A DNA stretch of 56,509 nt from a virus (IMGVR_UViG_3300046804_003014:1-56509), one strand, 5' to 3'. Positions 38,595 to 49,108 are shown, counted from the first letter of the stretch. The notes: generated by a model from the sequence alone, not told the origin. Numbers and translations: made by a program.

Positions 38595-40490
38595 TTACCA
38601 GAAATCATTCCAAGCAGATCCATCATAACCCTGATGTTTTCCAGTGCTGGAATTAAAGATAATCGCACCAGCAGCAACAGATGCTGGGGTAATTGCGTTT
38701 CTTTGTGCTGTTGTCAGAACTGGAGGATAGAATACACCTCTTAACGATGCTGTAAGATTCGCAAAACGTAAGTCAATTGGACCAATAGGAAGATCAGAGT
38801 TAATACCAACAGCGCCGATTCCACGAATAATCAGATTATTATTGTAGATATTTGCTTGACCAAAGACTTGAAGGGCGCCAGCATTCAGAGTACCATTTGC
38901 TGGATCATTAATTTGTCCTAATGGAGCCGTGGTTCCGATGCCAACCTTTTCAGTGATACCTACAGTACCACCAACATAAAGTCTTGGATCAAAGTTAGGA
39001 CTTGTGGTAAGAATACCAATTCTGCTAAAGAATCCTGTTTGTCCTCTTGCGTCCAAACCAACAGCTGGAGTTGTAAGTCCAATACCGACTGAAGAAACAC
39101 CAGTTACATTCAGTTGAGAAAGTGTGGTAATTCCTGATGAGTTATTAAGATTAACATTCGCAAGAACACCGCCAGCACCACCTAGAACTGCTTTAGTTGC
39201 TCCTGATCCAATAGTAAGAGTTCCAAGTACCTCAGCACCACCGCCAAAGTAAGCGGTTCCTGTGACAGTAGAAGTTCCTACAACGTGTAAGGTATTGTCT
39301 GGATTTGTTTTACCCAGACCCAACCTACCACCGTAAGTTAAGGTCATTAACTCAGCATTGGTCTGACCATAAATCCAGTTAAAGTTTCCAGTTCCTACAC
39401 CAGCACCGCCAGCGTGAATATACTGATTAAATGAACCAGTGGATCTGTTCAGAACATCAAAAGTTCCTAGAGCATTTCCAAATCTTAATACAGTAGAACT
39501 ATTACCAAGACCTACTGATTGTCCAATACTGATTCTTGCTTCACCAGTGTTACTTAAAACTTCAACAGTTGTATTTCCATTCTTACGAACTTGAATTTCT
39601 GATGTTGGATTTGCTGTTCCAACTCCAATCAATCCAGCATTAGTTGCGGTAAATCCTGTTCCACCAGTTCCAACATTCAGGGTGTTTGCGATTGTGGTGA
39701 CACCAACTGGAGATTGAATAACTTCAATCGTATCCGTTACAATTCTAGTAGCAGTAATGATGCCAACATTAATATTTGGAGTTCCTGAAAGTGATGATGC
39801 GCTTTGTGCTACACCAGTCAGGTTTCCAGTTACATTTCCTGTGACTGATCCAACAAATCCACCAGTTGCGGTGATGATTCCTGATACACTGATGTTCGCT
39901 GGAAGTTTAGCATTATCAATGGTTGGAAGGAAAGTATTAAGAATTGTTCCGTTTGTAATATTATCTGCGTTTAGATTAGTGATATTGGTTCCAAAACCAG
40001 CAAAAGCATACGCTGTGACGACTCCAGATGCCCTTATATCGCCTGTTGAATTGAATCCTACCCCTCTACCACCAGTGTTTGGATTAGCACCAATCTGGAA
40101 GGTGTTACGGGGATCTGTTGTCCCCACACCAACATTGCCGGCAGCATAGATTGATGTAAAACCAAGACCTACATCAATATCAACCCATTGTGATGTTGGG
40201 AGATTAGAAAGAGTTGCACCATTACCATAAAAAGCAGTGGCTGTAATGACGCCACTGCTTGCCGAAGCACTGATATTATTACCAACTCTAAGTTCTGTGG
40301 TTGTTGATACTCCAGTTACAAATAGATTAGTGGTAGTTACAACTCCTACCGCACGAATATTTCCATTTACATCCAATGTTTGGGTCGGAACTGTGCTTCC
40401 AATTCCGACCTGACCACCACGAACGACGAGATCATCATCATCAACCTGGACACCATCCCTAAAATTAAAAGTCTTTCTAATATTAGACAT
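38595..40490 (-). CDS. Tail fibre-like virion structural protein
   Basis: Repeated VGIGT..P...L.V.G and SGIITAT motifs; C-terminal GAIIFNSSTGKHQGYDGSAW. Confidence 0.8.
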   Translation of the reverse strand: MSNIRKTFNFRDGVQVDDDDLVVRGGQVGIGSTVPTQTLDVNGNIRAVGVVTTTNLFVTGVSTTTELRVGNNISASASSGVITATAFYGNGATLSNLPTSQWVDIDVGLGFTSIYAAGNVGVGTTDPRNTFQIGANPNTGGRGVGFNSTGDIRASGVVTAYAFAGFGTNITNLNADNITNGTILNTFLPTIDNAKLPANISVSGIITATGGFVGSVTGNVTGNLTGVAQSASSLSGTPNINVGIITATRIVTDTIEVIQSPVGVTTIANTLNVGTGGTGFTATNAGLIGVGTANPTSEIQVRKNGNTTVEVLSNTGEARISIGQSVGLGNSSTVLRFGNALGTFDVLNRSTGSFNQYIHAGGAGVGTGNFNWIYGQTNAELMTLTYGGRLGLGKTNPDNTLHVVGTSTVTGTAYFGGGAEVLGTLTIGSGATKAVLGGAGGVLANVNLNNSSGITTLSQLNVTGVSSVGIGLTTPAVGLDARGQTGFFSRIGILTTSPNFDPRLYVGGTVGITEKVGIGTTAPLGQINDPANGTLNAGALQVFGQANIYNNNLIIRGIGAVGINSDLPIGPIDLRFANLTASLRGVFYPPVLTTAQRNAITPASVAAGAIIFNSSTGKHQGYDGSAWNDFW

Positions 40491-40503
40491 CTTGGTTTTT
40501 TAG

Positions 40504-43500
40504 TTATTTATCGTTCAGTTTTTGCTGAAGATCATCAACTTTATGAGAAAGTTCCTTGATCGCTTCAATCAGAAGTGGTGTGATCTTTTCATATTGGACT
40601 GCCTTGAATCCATTCTCTCTTGTTGTGACAATTTCTGGAAGAACCTTCTCAATTTCCTGTGCGATGACACCAATGTCTCTACCAGTATGTGAAGATTGAT
40701 TATTCCAATCAAAACTGTTTCCACTGATAGAAAGAACCTTCGCAAGTGGATCTTCAATTGGAGTAATATTGTCCTTCAATCTTTCGTCAGAACTGTAGAA
40801 TGCTGTAATATCGTCAGTTACATTCAAGCTTCCAGTGATGATCGTGTTATCATTAATGTTAAGTTGACCACCATTGCTGTCCAGAGTCAGTTGTCCAGTT
40901 GAAGTGTCAATTGTGTTGTCACCAGCAACACCAATTCTGATGTTATCAATTGTCGCACCATCATTGGCATCAATCAGATTGTTGAATGTACTGACGCCCG
41001 TGATTGTCATACCACGGGACACGCCGAATGTTCCTGCTACAGAAACATTTCCACCAACGTTCAAGTTCTTTTCAAGTCCAAGACCACCATCAACAATCAG
41101 AGCACCAGTATCTTTGTTGGTTGAGTTTGTTGTGTTAGTGATCTCAACAGTATTATTAATCTTCAGAGATCCGTTGATGATGGTGTCATCATTAATCTTG
41201 ATTTCTTGGTTGAAAGTAACAGGTCCATCAAATTGTGAAAGAACTGTGCCAGAGTTTCCACCCTCAACAATCAATCTCTCTTTAATAACAACCTCATCAA
41301 ATACAACAGATAATCTTGAAGGATCTTGTCCAGTGATTGTTGGAGTTGGAATATCAAAGGTCTTCTGTTCGCCAGAGGATGATGAATACTTGGTATTGCC
41401 GATGAAGAAGTCTCCATCACTGTTCATACCAGTATAAACAACGGTTCCACAAGATCTTTCTTGTGCCTGAACGAGGAAGTCTTCTCTTTCTGTCAGAGTT
41501 TTGACTTGAACTTGTGGTAGACCAGTTGAATAGTTACCAGGACCATAACCAAGGTATTCAAAGGTATGTCCAGAAGCACGAATGATAGATGGTCTACGGA
41601 ATTCAACTGCAAGTGGTTTGATTTTTTTAATCAGTGATCCACCAGAATGATTCTGTTTTGTAGTTCCTAGAGCACCACGAATGACTGTAACTTCATTAAG
41701 ACTTGCACCAGACAATGTAGAGCTGGTGATTCTCATAATCTCATTATCAATCTGAATATAAGATCCAAGTGGGAATCTTGTTACTGTTCCAATTCCAGAA
41801 TTGGTTGTCTGAACGTGGAATGTAGTATCGTTTGTGACGTTTGAGAGTAGAGTTAGGGTTTCTCCACCATAGAACGAAATACCACGAGCACCTAGACTTT
41901 CTGTTGAAGAATCAGATGTTCCTTCATTTGCCGATAAACCGTGCCTCAAGATATAAAGAGGAGACAGAGATCTATTAGTTGTTGCTGAGAACGTATTAAC
42001 ACCAACTCTTTCCTTGACTAGGAAGTCCCCAATATTATTATTTGAACTATCTAGAACTCTAAATCTATTTCCGGATACAAGAGCATGACCTGATGAACAA
42101 TTAAATGTGGTGACTCCACTTACAGAGTCATAAGAACTTGTTGAGACACGAATGGATGGTCCAAGATCAATCGCATATTGGTTTGTTGTGATTCTTGGAT
42201 CACCATTTGTAATCGCAATCGCAACTGTTGTGGTTGAAGGAACCGACGAGATTCTGTAGTAACCATCAGAGGTGGTTCCAATACCAGTAATTTGAAGAAC
42301 ATCACCAATGTTTGTAGAAATGCCAGAAGTTGTAACGGTAAGTCCAGCACCTGTTCCACCACCGATCAGTGATGTATCAAAGTCAAGTTGTTCATTGTTC
42401 GTGTATCCTGAACCACCATCAATGATTTCTGCTGATCTAATACTTCCACCAGAAATAGTGACTTTTGCTGTTGCACCATCCCAGTTGCTGGTTCCATCAT
42501 TAAACAGTTTGACGTTATAGAAGGTTCCGTTTGTATATCCAGAACCACCTGTCAGAGCACTGTAAGTAATAATTCCACTAAATCCGTGCTCTCTTTCAAA
42601 TGTAATTGTGGCAATACCAGCAGTGGCACTTGTAAATGAAGTGGAAACACCAGAGATCTTAAGACCAATACCAAAATCTCTGACAAATTTATCGGTTGCT
42701 TCTCTGGTAATACTCTTCTTCAGATCATTGGTTGAAACATCGCCAAGAGGACTTCTCTTCGCAAATGTTTTTGCTGATCTTGGATTATCATCTACATTAT
42801 CTTTGTCAAGTTGTGGATAGAGATCTACGACATTTTGACTATACTTAAGACCCGTGAACTCAGTTGGAATCGCATTATCTGCTTTCAGAACATAGAGATG
42901 ATAGATTCCATCTTGAGTGTTATAGATGTAAGGAGTGATGACTTCACTTCTATAAACATAGTAGTTGGACTTAAGATCATTTCTCTCAAATCTTGGTAGA
43001 GCCGTGCTTCTTGTAGATACATCGTTTGTGAATGTTCCTACGCTATGAGTAGTTCCATTTACATCAGTGGTTGAATATTGGAATCTCTTATCATCAATAA
43101 TTGATGTAACTTCAAATGTTCCATTGTATCCAACATCATTTGTTCCAGCAGTGTTTGTAGTACTGGTTACGTTACGGACAATAATTTGCTCACCAACATT
43201 TAGATTGTGTGGAAGTTCTGCGAGAACTGTTACTGTGTTGGTAGAAACAGAACAAGTGCTAATGAATCTTGGATTTCTGTTGTAAGCATAATCTGTATCA
43301 CTGATTGATGTGAGCGTAAAGTCATTGTTTGTTCTAGCACCAGTGCTGCTAGATTCTTGAATGATAAATCCTTCGCTAGGATTTTTTGCGTTAATTGATT
43401 CTTTTGGAATAACTGCACGAACCTTATAGAGTTTTTCGTCCAGAGATCTTGGATCATCCTTTCTCTTGACAAAAGATACATTGGTTCTTGAAGTCAGATT

Positions 43501-45792
43501 TGCGACTCCCTGAGAAGCAATCGCAGAATAGATTTGGTTGTTTGATTGTGCTTTTACGAACCAGTTAGAGCGTAAAGTATCCCATTGAACTGGAGATCCA
43601 ATATCTCCAGCACTCTTATCAGAAACTCTACTTACAATACTGAGTTTTGATCCACCATAAACAGTGATCGCAGATCCATTTTCTGCGTTTGTTTGTGATG
43701 ATGCGAGTTTGATTTCGGTGGACGATTGGCGAATCGCATAATAAAGAGTATTGTCTAGAATGTTTTCTGGTAGATCACCATCATCGCTGAAGATTCTAAT
43801 TGTTTCACCAGTCTGAATCTGGTGTGTTCCAAGCGTAAAGATATTAGATGTTGGACCAGAAAGAACAGGATAGTTCTTTTCTGATACACTTCCCCCTTGA
43901 GCAATAGTTGTTCCTGATCCAAGAACATTGTCAAGCATACAGATTGATGCTTCGCTTGTTCCTGAACCAATATTTACATACAGTTTATCATTCTGTCTGG
44001 CACCAATTCTATAACCTTGAATGATGATTGGTGGAGCATCGTCCTGGTCATTGTATCCAAACAGATACAGGTGACTTGAAATACCAACAGAGGTTGTCAG
44101 TCCAACATCAAGTGAGATCCAGTCAATATTAACCTCTTCTTCTACATTTGCTCTTGGAGTAATGATAGAGGTTATATAGGCATTATTATCTTTCGCAAAT
44201 GCTTCTTTTTTGAATCCGTCTGCTGCCAGTGAGATCTGACCGAAGTTGGAGTTGGAGTTGGTGATAGAACCATCACCACCAGATTGAGCATCAAAGTGTT
44301 TGTTGAAACCAATCGCAAACACAGAAACGATCTGAACGAACGCATCGTTAGTGATTTTGATGTGACTTGTTTCCCAACCGTGTCTATAAATTGCGTCAGC
44401 ATCTAAGTGATAGACTGTTGCTGGATCAAGAGATGATGCTGCTGCAGAAAGAGCAGATCCCTTTGTTAAGTTAACAGTCAGACCTTCATAGAGTCTAGAA
44501 GTCTTATTGTATTTTACGAATGAACGGTCGTCTTTTTGTAGCGAAACAGCAGTAAACTGTGCGACAACCATTGAACGGAAACCAGATGCCTTGCTACCAT
44601 CTGCGTGCATTCCATTCATACCCCATACGGATCTCAGAGATACGTTGAAAACGTATGGAGAAGCACCTGAAACAGTATCAGTTTCAATGGTTACTGTTCC
44701 AGAGGCAACACCTGGAGATGCTGGGAGATTGTCTCTAACAAATGGAAGCAGGTATGTAAACTGGGTAGCACTGATTACATTCTGAACTTTGGTTGAGATG
44801 TTATAATCTAGAGTGCTGATTCCATTGATCTTGATTGGGGTTCCAGCAGTGAATCCGTGTGCTGAACTGGTTGTTACGGTAATAACAGTTCCTGGGGTTG
44901 ATCCATCTCCAGAAATAATCGCAGAGATATTGACTGGATCAGGAGCAAAAGCACCAACAATTTCCCATTCTGGACGCTGTTTTGCGAATCCAAGAGTATC
45001 TGATGGGTACTTTTGATCAATATCTCTACCAGACGCACTGTTAAATGCGTTTGATAGTTTGCTGTAATACATGTCAAGATCGGTGATCGCATATCCTTGT
45101 GGGACATTGACACCATCAGCATACTCAAAACAAGTCAGTTTGTGGTGAGAGAAAGTTGGTTTTGACTGATTATTTGATGAGAAATCAGCATCATCGGTAT
45201 AAACCAGACCAGTTTCATCACCATCAAACAGAGAGAACTGCCAGAAGTAACAAGCACCAGTAATTCTAAAGATTGCTGACTTTGCTACGCTAGTATCAGT
45301 TGGGTTTGGAACATATTTTGGACGCAGTTTGGTCTTTCTTAGGTCAAGACCAACAATAGATGTGCCTCTAGGAACAACGACACCACCATTGATACTGTTA
45401 AACTTATAGAGAATATTGTCGTTCTGGGTTAAATCAAAATTAGATGATAGTGTAAGAGACAGAGTATCTTGTGCTGCGGTCTCTGCTCCTGATGGTGATA
45501 CAGCAGTTGCTACACCACCTACATCTTTAATCGCAAAACCAGGTCTGTTGTCAATGACGTGCTCGCCAGGAAACAGAAGAATGGTTGTCTTTTCGGTAAT
45601 ATCGTTATTGCTGCCTCTTAAGTATGAGAATCTTGCTGACTCAAGAAGGGCTCTTTGAATTGTTTTAAAAGGTTGGGTTAGGGAGTTTCCCTGATTTGAA
45701 ATACTATCAGTAGCATCAATGTCATTTGGGTTAACATAGAGAATTCTTCCCTCTGTATTCTTAACAAAATTCTCTAACTTGTTGAGAGGCAT
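40504..45792 (-). CDS. Large tail fibre / virion structural protein with a C-terminal intramolecular chaperone (Peptidase S74)
   Basis: PFKTIQRA N-terminal motif; SSDERLKDNI..IGVIAQEIEKVLPE..LLIEAIKEL. Confidence 0.85.
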   Translation of the reverse strand: MPLNKLENFVKNTEGRILYVNPNDIDATDSISNQGNSLTQPFKTIQRALLESARFSYLRGSNNDITEKTTILLFPGEHVIDNRPGFAIKDVGGVATAVSPSGAETAAQDTLSLTLSSNFDLTQNDNILYKFNSINGGVVVPRGTSIVGLDLRKTKLRPKYVPNPTDTSVAKSAIFRITGACYFWQFSLFDGDETGLVYTDDADFSSNNQSKPTFSHHKLTCFEYADGVNVPQGYAITDLDMYYSKLSNAFNSASGRDIDQKYPSDTLGFAKQRPEWEIVGAFAPDPVNISAIISGDGSTPGTVITVTTSSAHGFTAGTPIKINGISTLDYNISTKVQNVISATQFTYLLPFVRDNLPASPGVASGTVTIETDTVSGASPYVFNVSLRSVWGMNGMHADGSKASGFRSMVVAQFTAVSLQKDDRSFVKYNKTSRLYEGLTVNLTKGSALSAAASSLDPATVYHLDADAIYRHGWETSHIKITNDAFVQIVSVFAIGFNKHFDAQSGGDGSITNSNSNFGQISLAADGFKKEAFAKDNNAYITSIITPRANVEEEVNIDWISLDVGLTTSVGISSHLYLFGYNDQDDAPPIIIQGYRIGARQNDKLYVNIGSGTSEASICMLDNVLGSGTTIAQGGSVSEKNYPVLSGPTSNIFTLGTHQIQTGETIRIFSDDGDLPENILDNTLYYAIRQSSTEIKLASSQTNAENGSAITVYGGSKLSIVSRVSDKSAGDIGSPVQWDTLRSNWFVKAQSNNQIYSAIASQGVANLTSRTNVSFVKRKDDPRSLDEKLYKVRAVIPKESINAKNPSEGFIIQESSSTGARTNNDFTLTSISDTDYAYNRNPRFISTCSVSTNTVTVLAELPHNLNVGEQIIVRNVTSTTNTAGTNDVGYNGTFEVTSIIDDKRFQYSTTDVNGTTHSVGTFTNDVSTRSTALPRFERNDLKSNYYVYRSEVITPYIYNTQDGIYHLYVLKADNAIPTEFTGLKYSQNVVDLYPQLDKDNVDDNPRSAKTFAKRSPLGDVSTNDLKKSITREATDKFVRDFGIGLKISGVSTSFTSATAGIATITFEREHGFSGIITYSALTGGSGYTNGTFYNVKLFNDGTSNWDGATAKVTISGGSIRSAEIIDGGSGYTNNEQLDFDTSLIGGGTGAGLTVTTSGISTNIGDVLQITGIGTTSDGYYRISSVPSTTTVAIAITNGDPRITTNQYAIDLGPSIRVSTSSYDSVSGVTTFNCSSGHALVSGNRFRVLDSSNNNIGDFLVKERVGVNTFSATTNRSLSPLYILRHGLSANEGTSDSSTESLGARGISFYGGETLTLLSNVTNDTTFHVQTTNSGIGTVTRFPLGSYIQIDNEIMRITSSTLSGASLNEVTVIRGALGTTKQNHSGGSLIKKIKPLAVEFRRPSIIRASGHTFEYLGYGPGNYSTGLPQVQVKTLTEREDFLVQAQERSCGTVVYTGMNSDGDFFIGNTKYSSSSGEQKTFDIPTPTITGQDPSRLSVVFDEVVIKERLIVEGGNSGTVLSQFDGPVTFNQEIKINDDTIINGSLKINNTVEITNTTNSTNKDTGALIVDGGLGLEKNLNVGGNVSVAGTFGVSRGMTITGVSTFNNLIDANDGATIDNIRIGVAGDNTIDTSTGQLTLDSNGGQLNINDNTIITGSLNVTDDITAFYSSDERLKDNITPIEDPLAKVLSISGNSFDWNNQSSHTGRDIGVIAQEIEKVLPEIVTTRENGFKAVQYEKITPLLIEAIKELSHKVDDLQQKLNDK

Positions 45793-45827
45793 CGGATTAT
45801 ATTCGCCAAAATATTTCTATCTTTTAT

Positions 45828-46130
45828 TTATCCCATTAAATCTTCCTCGTCATACGCAATAACATCGTCTGGCATATCCTCTGGATTCTCCAATTCCACT
45901 GGGAAAAAGCAGGGATGAACCTCTTCGTCTATCAAATAAAAAGAAGTTCGGTATAAGTCTTCTGGTTCAAATGATCTGTTCTTGTCCGCTGCTCTACACA
46001 AATCCTGATCATATAAATGTCCATCAGGCATCTCATCAAACGTAAAAGGGACATGATTAATGAAATACATTTTCACAATCATACTGCCATTATTGTACCA
46101 GCAGTATGCGTGATCTATGCGATAAGACAT
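45828..46130 (-). CDS. Hypothetical protein
   Basis: IVKMYFIN.VPFTFDE..YLIDEEVHP; upstream TAAATA. Confidence 0.7.
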   Translation of the reverse strand: MSYRIDHAYCWYNNGSMIVKMYFINHVPFTFDEMPDGHLYDQDLCRAADKNRSFEPEDLYRTSFYLIDEEVHPCFFPVELENPEDMPDDVIAYDEEDLMG

Positions 46131-46153
46131 AGGAAAATTCCCATATCTTGTAT

Positions 46154-46477
46154 TTATTTTTCATTGTGAATGTATCGATGACAATTAGCACAGACACATA
46201 TACACTTGGTTATCTCTTCTTGTAAAGATTGATAGTTTCCAGACTTTATAAAATACCCTATCATTCCTTCCTTTTCTTCTGGATTTATATGATGTAAGTC
46301 CATAACGTAATGTGGATGTTCTTCGCCACATCTAGCACAAGGGACATTTTTAGCGTCTATAACCATTTGTTTTCTTTTTTGTAAAGATACATCTCCTTTT
46401 TTTCCAGACTTCTCATATTTTTTCTGGGCCCAAAGTCTCTGTGCTTCTCTTTGCTTTTCTTTATCTTTGTAAGGCAT
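46154..46477 (-). CDS. HNH endonuclease, probable free-standing homing nuclease
   Basis: CARC..DLHH..P..K..EITKC..CANCHRYIH; adjacent to the tRNA cluster. Confidence 0.8.
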   Translation of the reverse strand: MPYKDKEKQREAQRLWAQKKYEKSGKKGDVSLQKRKQMVIDAKNVPCARCGEEHPHYVMDLHHINPEEKEGMIGYFIKSGNYQSLQEEITKCICVCANCHRYIHNEK

Positions 46478-46523
46478 AGGGTTCGATATAACTAATAGTT
46501 ATTTAGAACCTTTTATATTATAA

Positions 46524-46598
46524 TAGCGGTGGCGAGATTCGAACTCGCACTGTATTGATTTTAAGTCAACTGCCTGCTGCCGATTGGGCTACACCGCC
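46524..46598 (-). tRNA. tRNA-Leu (UAA), short variable loop, no encoded CCA
   Basis: Acceptor GGCGGTG/CACCGCT; anticodon arm GTTGA-CTTAAAA-TCAAT; T-loop TTCGAAT. Confidence 0.88.
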
Positions 46599-46607
46599 AA
46601 TGAGACC

Positions 46608-46636
46608 ATAATAACTCAAAGAGTCTTTATGGTCAA
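46608..46636 (-). promoter_or_regulatory. Sigma70-type promoter for tRNA-Leu within an imperfect inverted repeat
   Basis: TTGACC-N17-TATTAT; flanking GACCATAA/TTATGGTC arms. Confidence 0.55.
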
Positions 46637-46637
46637 G

Positions 46638-46711
46638 TGCCCGTTAGTGGAATTGAACCACTCTAAATTCGATTATGAGTCGAGTCCTTTCAACCAGATA
46701 GGTAAACGGGC
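46638..46711 (-). tRNA. tRNA with CAU anticodon (elongator Met or lysidine-type Ile2)
   Basis: Acceptor GCCCGTT/AACGGGC with paired G1-C72 (not initiator); loop CTCATAA; T-loop TTCAATT. Confidence 0.82.
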
Positions 46712-46715
46712 ACGA

Positions 46716-46803
46716 TACGAGTGCCTGGATTCGAACCAGGTCAAAGCCGCTAATCTGGCGGAAAGGCGTTATAAGTGCCCTCTGACTACCAAGTCTCACT
46801 CGC
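46716..46803 (-). tRNA. tRNA with UAU anticodon (nominally Ile) and a long variable arm
   Basis: Acceptor GCGAGTG/CACTCGT; loop CTTATAA; variable arm containing CCGC..GCGG; T-arm CCTGG-TTCGAAT-CCAGG. Confidence 0.8.
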
Positions 46804-46813
46804 AATACAAATA

Positions 46814-46987
46814 CTACGGAGCTTCGTTGTTTAATTCGGTGTGTATTCGTATCAGTTCATCATCTGCGGGCATCATAACTGCTGCCTGCCCTGCTTCATT
46901 TACGATTCCTATGTTCTCGCCTTTCTCTACACGATTCATAAGTTCATCCCATCGTTCTTGAAACTCTTCCACAGTGAAAACTTCCAT
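46814..46987 (-). CDS. Phd/YefM antitoxin-like small protein (57 aa, not in track)
   Basis: MEVFTVEEFQERWDELMNRVEKGENIGIVNEAGQAAVMMPADD fits the Phd pattern. Confidence 0.6.
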   Translation of the reverse strand: MEVFTVEEFQERWDELMNRVEKGENIGIVNEAGQAAVMMPADDELIRIHTELNNEAP

Positions 46988-47001
46988 TTTTGTTTTTGTA
47001 T

Positions 47002-47211
47002 TTAGTTGTTATCCTGACCATAGACTGCAAGGTCGGCATACTCAATCTGCTCAGGATCCAGTTGGGCGGTGACAACTTCCAGAACGTTCATAAACTCCTG
47101 AACAGTCTCACACTCTACCAGACGCTCGCTACCTTGATCGCTCAACAGAAGAAAGGAACGAGTACAGACATCAATCACAATACCTTGGACGGTTTCTTGT
47201 GCGGTGCTCAT
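47002..47211 (-). CDS. Hypothetical protein
   Basis: 69 aa, directly after a consensus promoter. Confidence 0.7.
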   Translation of the reverse strand: MSTAQETVQGIVIDVCTRSFLLLSDQGSERLVECETVQEFMNVLEVVTAQLDPEQIEYADLAVYGQDNN

Positions 47212-47236
47212 TGGGGGTTTTCTTGATTACCCACAT

Positions 47237-47265
47237 ATTATAGGGCACCTAGGCGCCCCTGTCAA
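47237..47265 (-). promoter_or_regulatory. Consensus sigma70 promoter with a GC hairpin spacer, upstream of two small genes and the tRNA cluster
   Basis: TTGACA-GGGGCGCCTAGGTGCCC-TATAAT. Confidence 0.85.
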
Positions 47266-47270
47266 GGGTC

Positions 47271-48236
47271 TTAAGAAAGATTTTGGATTGCCGTGATGAT
47301 GCTGTTGTTTGCTGTTGTCCTGTTTTCTATTTGTCGTTTATGATTATTGATTCCCCAGTTTTGTAAATCTTTTTCTGTCTTTTTTGTTTTTATGATATTA
47401 AGATCTGATCTCAAAGCATCTCTTTGTGCTCTGATTGTTACGATTTGACTTTGTAAACTTGTAATTGAGTTCGCAATCGCAATACATCTATCAGCACCAG
47501 CAGTTCCAGTCAATGATGTATTTGTTGCCCCTGGAGAAACTCCAACACCATCATAAGTCCAGTTCCAAGTTGCGGTTGTATTGATTCCTGTCGCATTGAA
47601 TGTTCTACTTAAATGATTGGATTGTGTGGTTGAAATATCAAATCGTGCTGTTCCAGCAGAACTACCACCATCATCACTCTTTGAGTTTGTATATCCATAT
47701 CCAACAAGAGTAGATGATAATGTAGAAGTTGTTGAAGTAAAAGGATTCAAGACTCCATAGTTTGGTGATGGACCTTCCATATCAACATATCTGCTGATGT
47801 TCTCCTTATCATACAGATAATTTGTATTAACACCAAAGAAACTTGTGACGCCAGTATTCAGTGTGCTCTTTGCGATTCCTGGCCAACAGTTACGATTAAT
47901 TGCCTCGGTTGAGAGAGTAACAATCTGATCTTTTAGAGTATTGATTTGAGCATTAAACTCAAGAATTCTATTATCTACGGTCGCACAGAACTCTCTTAAA
48001 ACTATTGCGTCTTGTTTGATTTGCTCGTAAGTCTCATCAACAACGTTCTCATCTTTCGCAGGGTTCTCTTCTATAATTTCATCCTTGACCCACTGACCAC
48101 TTTCATTCTGGTAGGCATTGATTTTGGTGATCGTAGGTGAAATTTCTACATTTGTTTGAGGACTCGTAGCTAGACCAATCTGAGTCTGTTCTCTCTGGAG
48201 AATCTCAATCGCACTTTTTGCCGCACCCTCTGCCAT
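47271..48236 (-). CDS. Putative virion structural protein
   Basis: Coiled-coil ends, Thr/Ser/Gly-rich core, late promoter, tail-gene context. Confidence 0.55.
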   Translation of the reverse strand: MAEGAAKSAIEILQREQTQIGLATSPQTNVEISPTITKINAYQNESGQWVKDEIIEENPAKDENVVDETYEQIKQDAIVLREFCATVDNRILEFNAQINTLKDQIVTLSTEAINRNCWPGIAKSTLNTGVTSFFGVNTNYLYDKENISRYVDMEGPSPNYGVLNPFTSTTSTLSSTLVGYGYTNSKSDDGGSSAGTARFDISTTQSNHLSRTFNATGINTTATWNWTYDGVGVSPGATNTSLTGTAGADRCIAIANSITSLQSQIVTIRAQRDALRSDLNIIKTKKTEKDLQNWGINNHKRQIENRTTANNSIITAIQNLS

Positions 48237-48258
48237 TTGAATAATCTAGTAGATTTTG

Positions 48259-49107
48259 TTATTTATTGGACTCTAGTTCGGAGACCCTTTGCTTTAGGTC
48301 TTCAATCTGCTGCTGTTGCTCTTTCATTCCTTCAATTAAAAGAGCAACTAGATTTTCATATCTGACGCTTTTGAGTTCTTGACCCTCTACCTTTTCAACA
48401 CTTACAACTTCTGGAACAATCTCTTCAACTTCTTGAGCAATTAAACCTATCTGTCTACTCTGTTCTTCTGCTAATGATGGAACAACTTCAGGGTTCCAAT
48501 CAAAAGAAACACCTCTTAAACCCAATACCTTATCTAAAGAACTTTCTAGTTCAACTACATTAACTTTTGCTCTCTCATCAGAGCAAGGTGCAACACAAAT
48601 TGCGGATCCATTTAACACCCAACTTCCCGTCAGAGAACCCAGTGATGGATTCATTGTCAAATAAACATTGAATCCACAGAATGCCTGGAAAAGATTTGCC
48701 GTGTTGATCGTTGAAGACAAAGCATTAACATAAAAGTCTGGTGTTACAGTGTCTTCTTTTGGAACAACTTTTCCTCTGAATAAGTTGAGACCTGATAGAA
48801 TCGCAGAAACAGAAATATCAGAAGCACCTAAATTGACTTTGGTTCCGATTGATACGTCAGCACCAACCGTTGTATGAGCACCGGTAAAAAGACCAATACC
48901 AGAAAAGTTAGTTGTAAAGGGAGCAGCAGAAGGTCCACCAACAATAGATCCAGTTCCAATTAATGGTGTTGCACCTGGACCAAAATATCCCTGATAGATT
49001 GATGCTGTACCAGGAAATGCCGATCTAATTATTCCAGGAAGTTGTAGAGCATCTCCAAATGCTGGATGAACGACCGATAGATTAAAGGAATCTGAATTAG
49101 CAAACAT
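48259..49107 (-). CDS. Short tail spike/fibre with a Peptidase S74 chaperone
   Basis: CSDERAK..LRGVSFDW..IGLIAQEVEEIVPEVV..LLIEGMKEQQ. Confidence 0.8.
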   Translation of the reverse strand: MFANSDSFNLSVVHPAFGDALQLPGIIRSAFPGTASIYQGYFGPGATPLIGTGSIVGGPSAAPFTTNFSGIGLFTGAHTTVGADVSIGTKVNLGASDISVSAILSGLNLFRGKVVPKEDTVTPDFYVNALSSTINTANLFQAFCGFNVYLTMNPSLGSLTGSWVLNGSAICVAPCSDERAKVNVVELESSLDKVLGLRGVSFDWNPEVVPSLAEEQSRQIGLIAQEVEEIVPEVVSVEKVEGQELKSVRYENLVALLIEGMKEQQQQIEDLKQRVSELESNK

Positions 49108-49108
49108 T

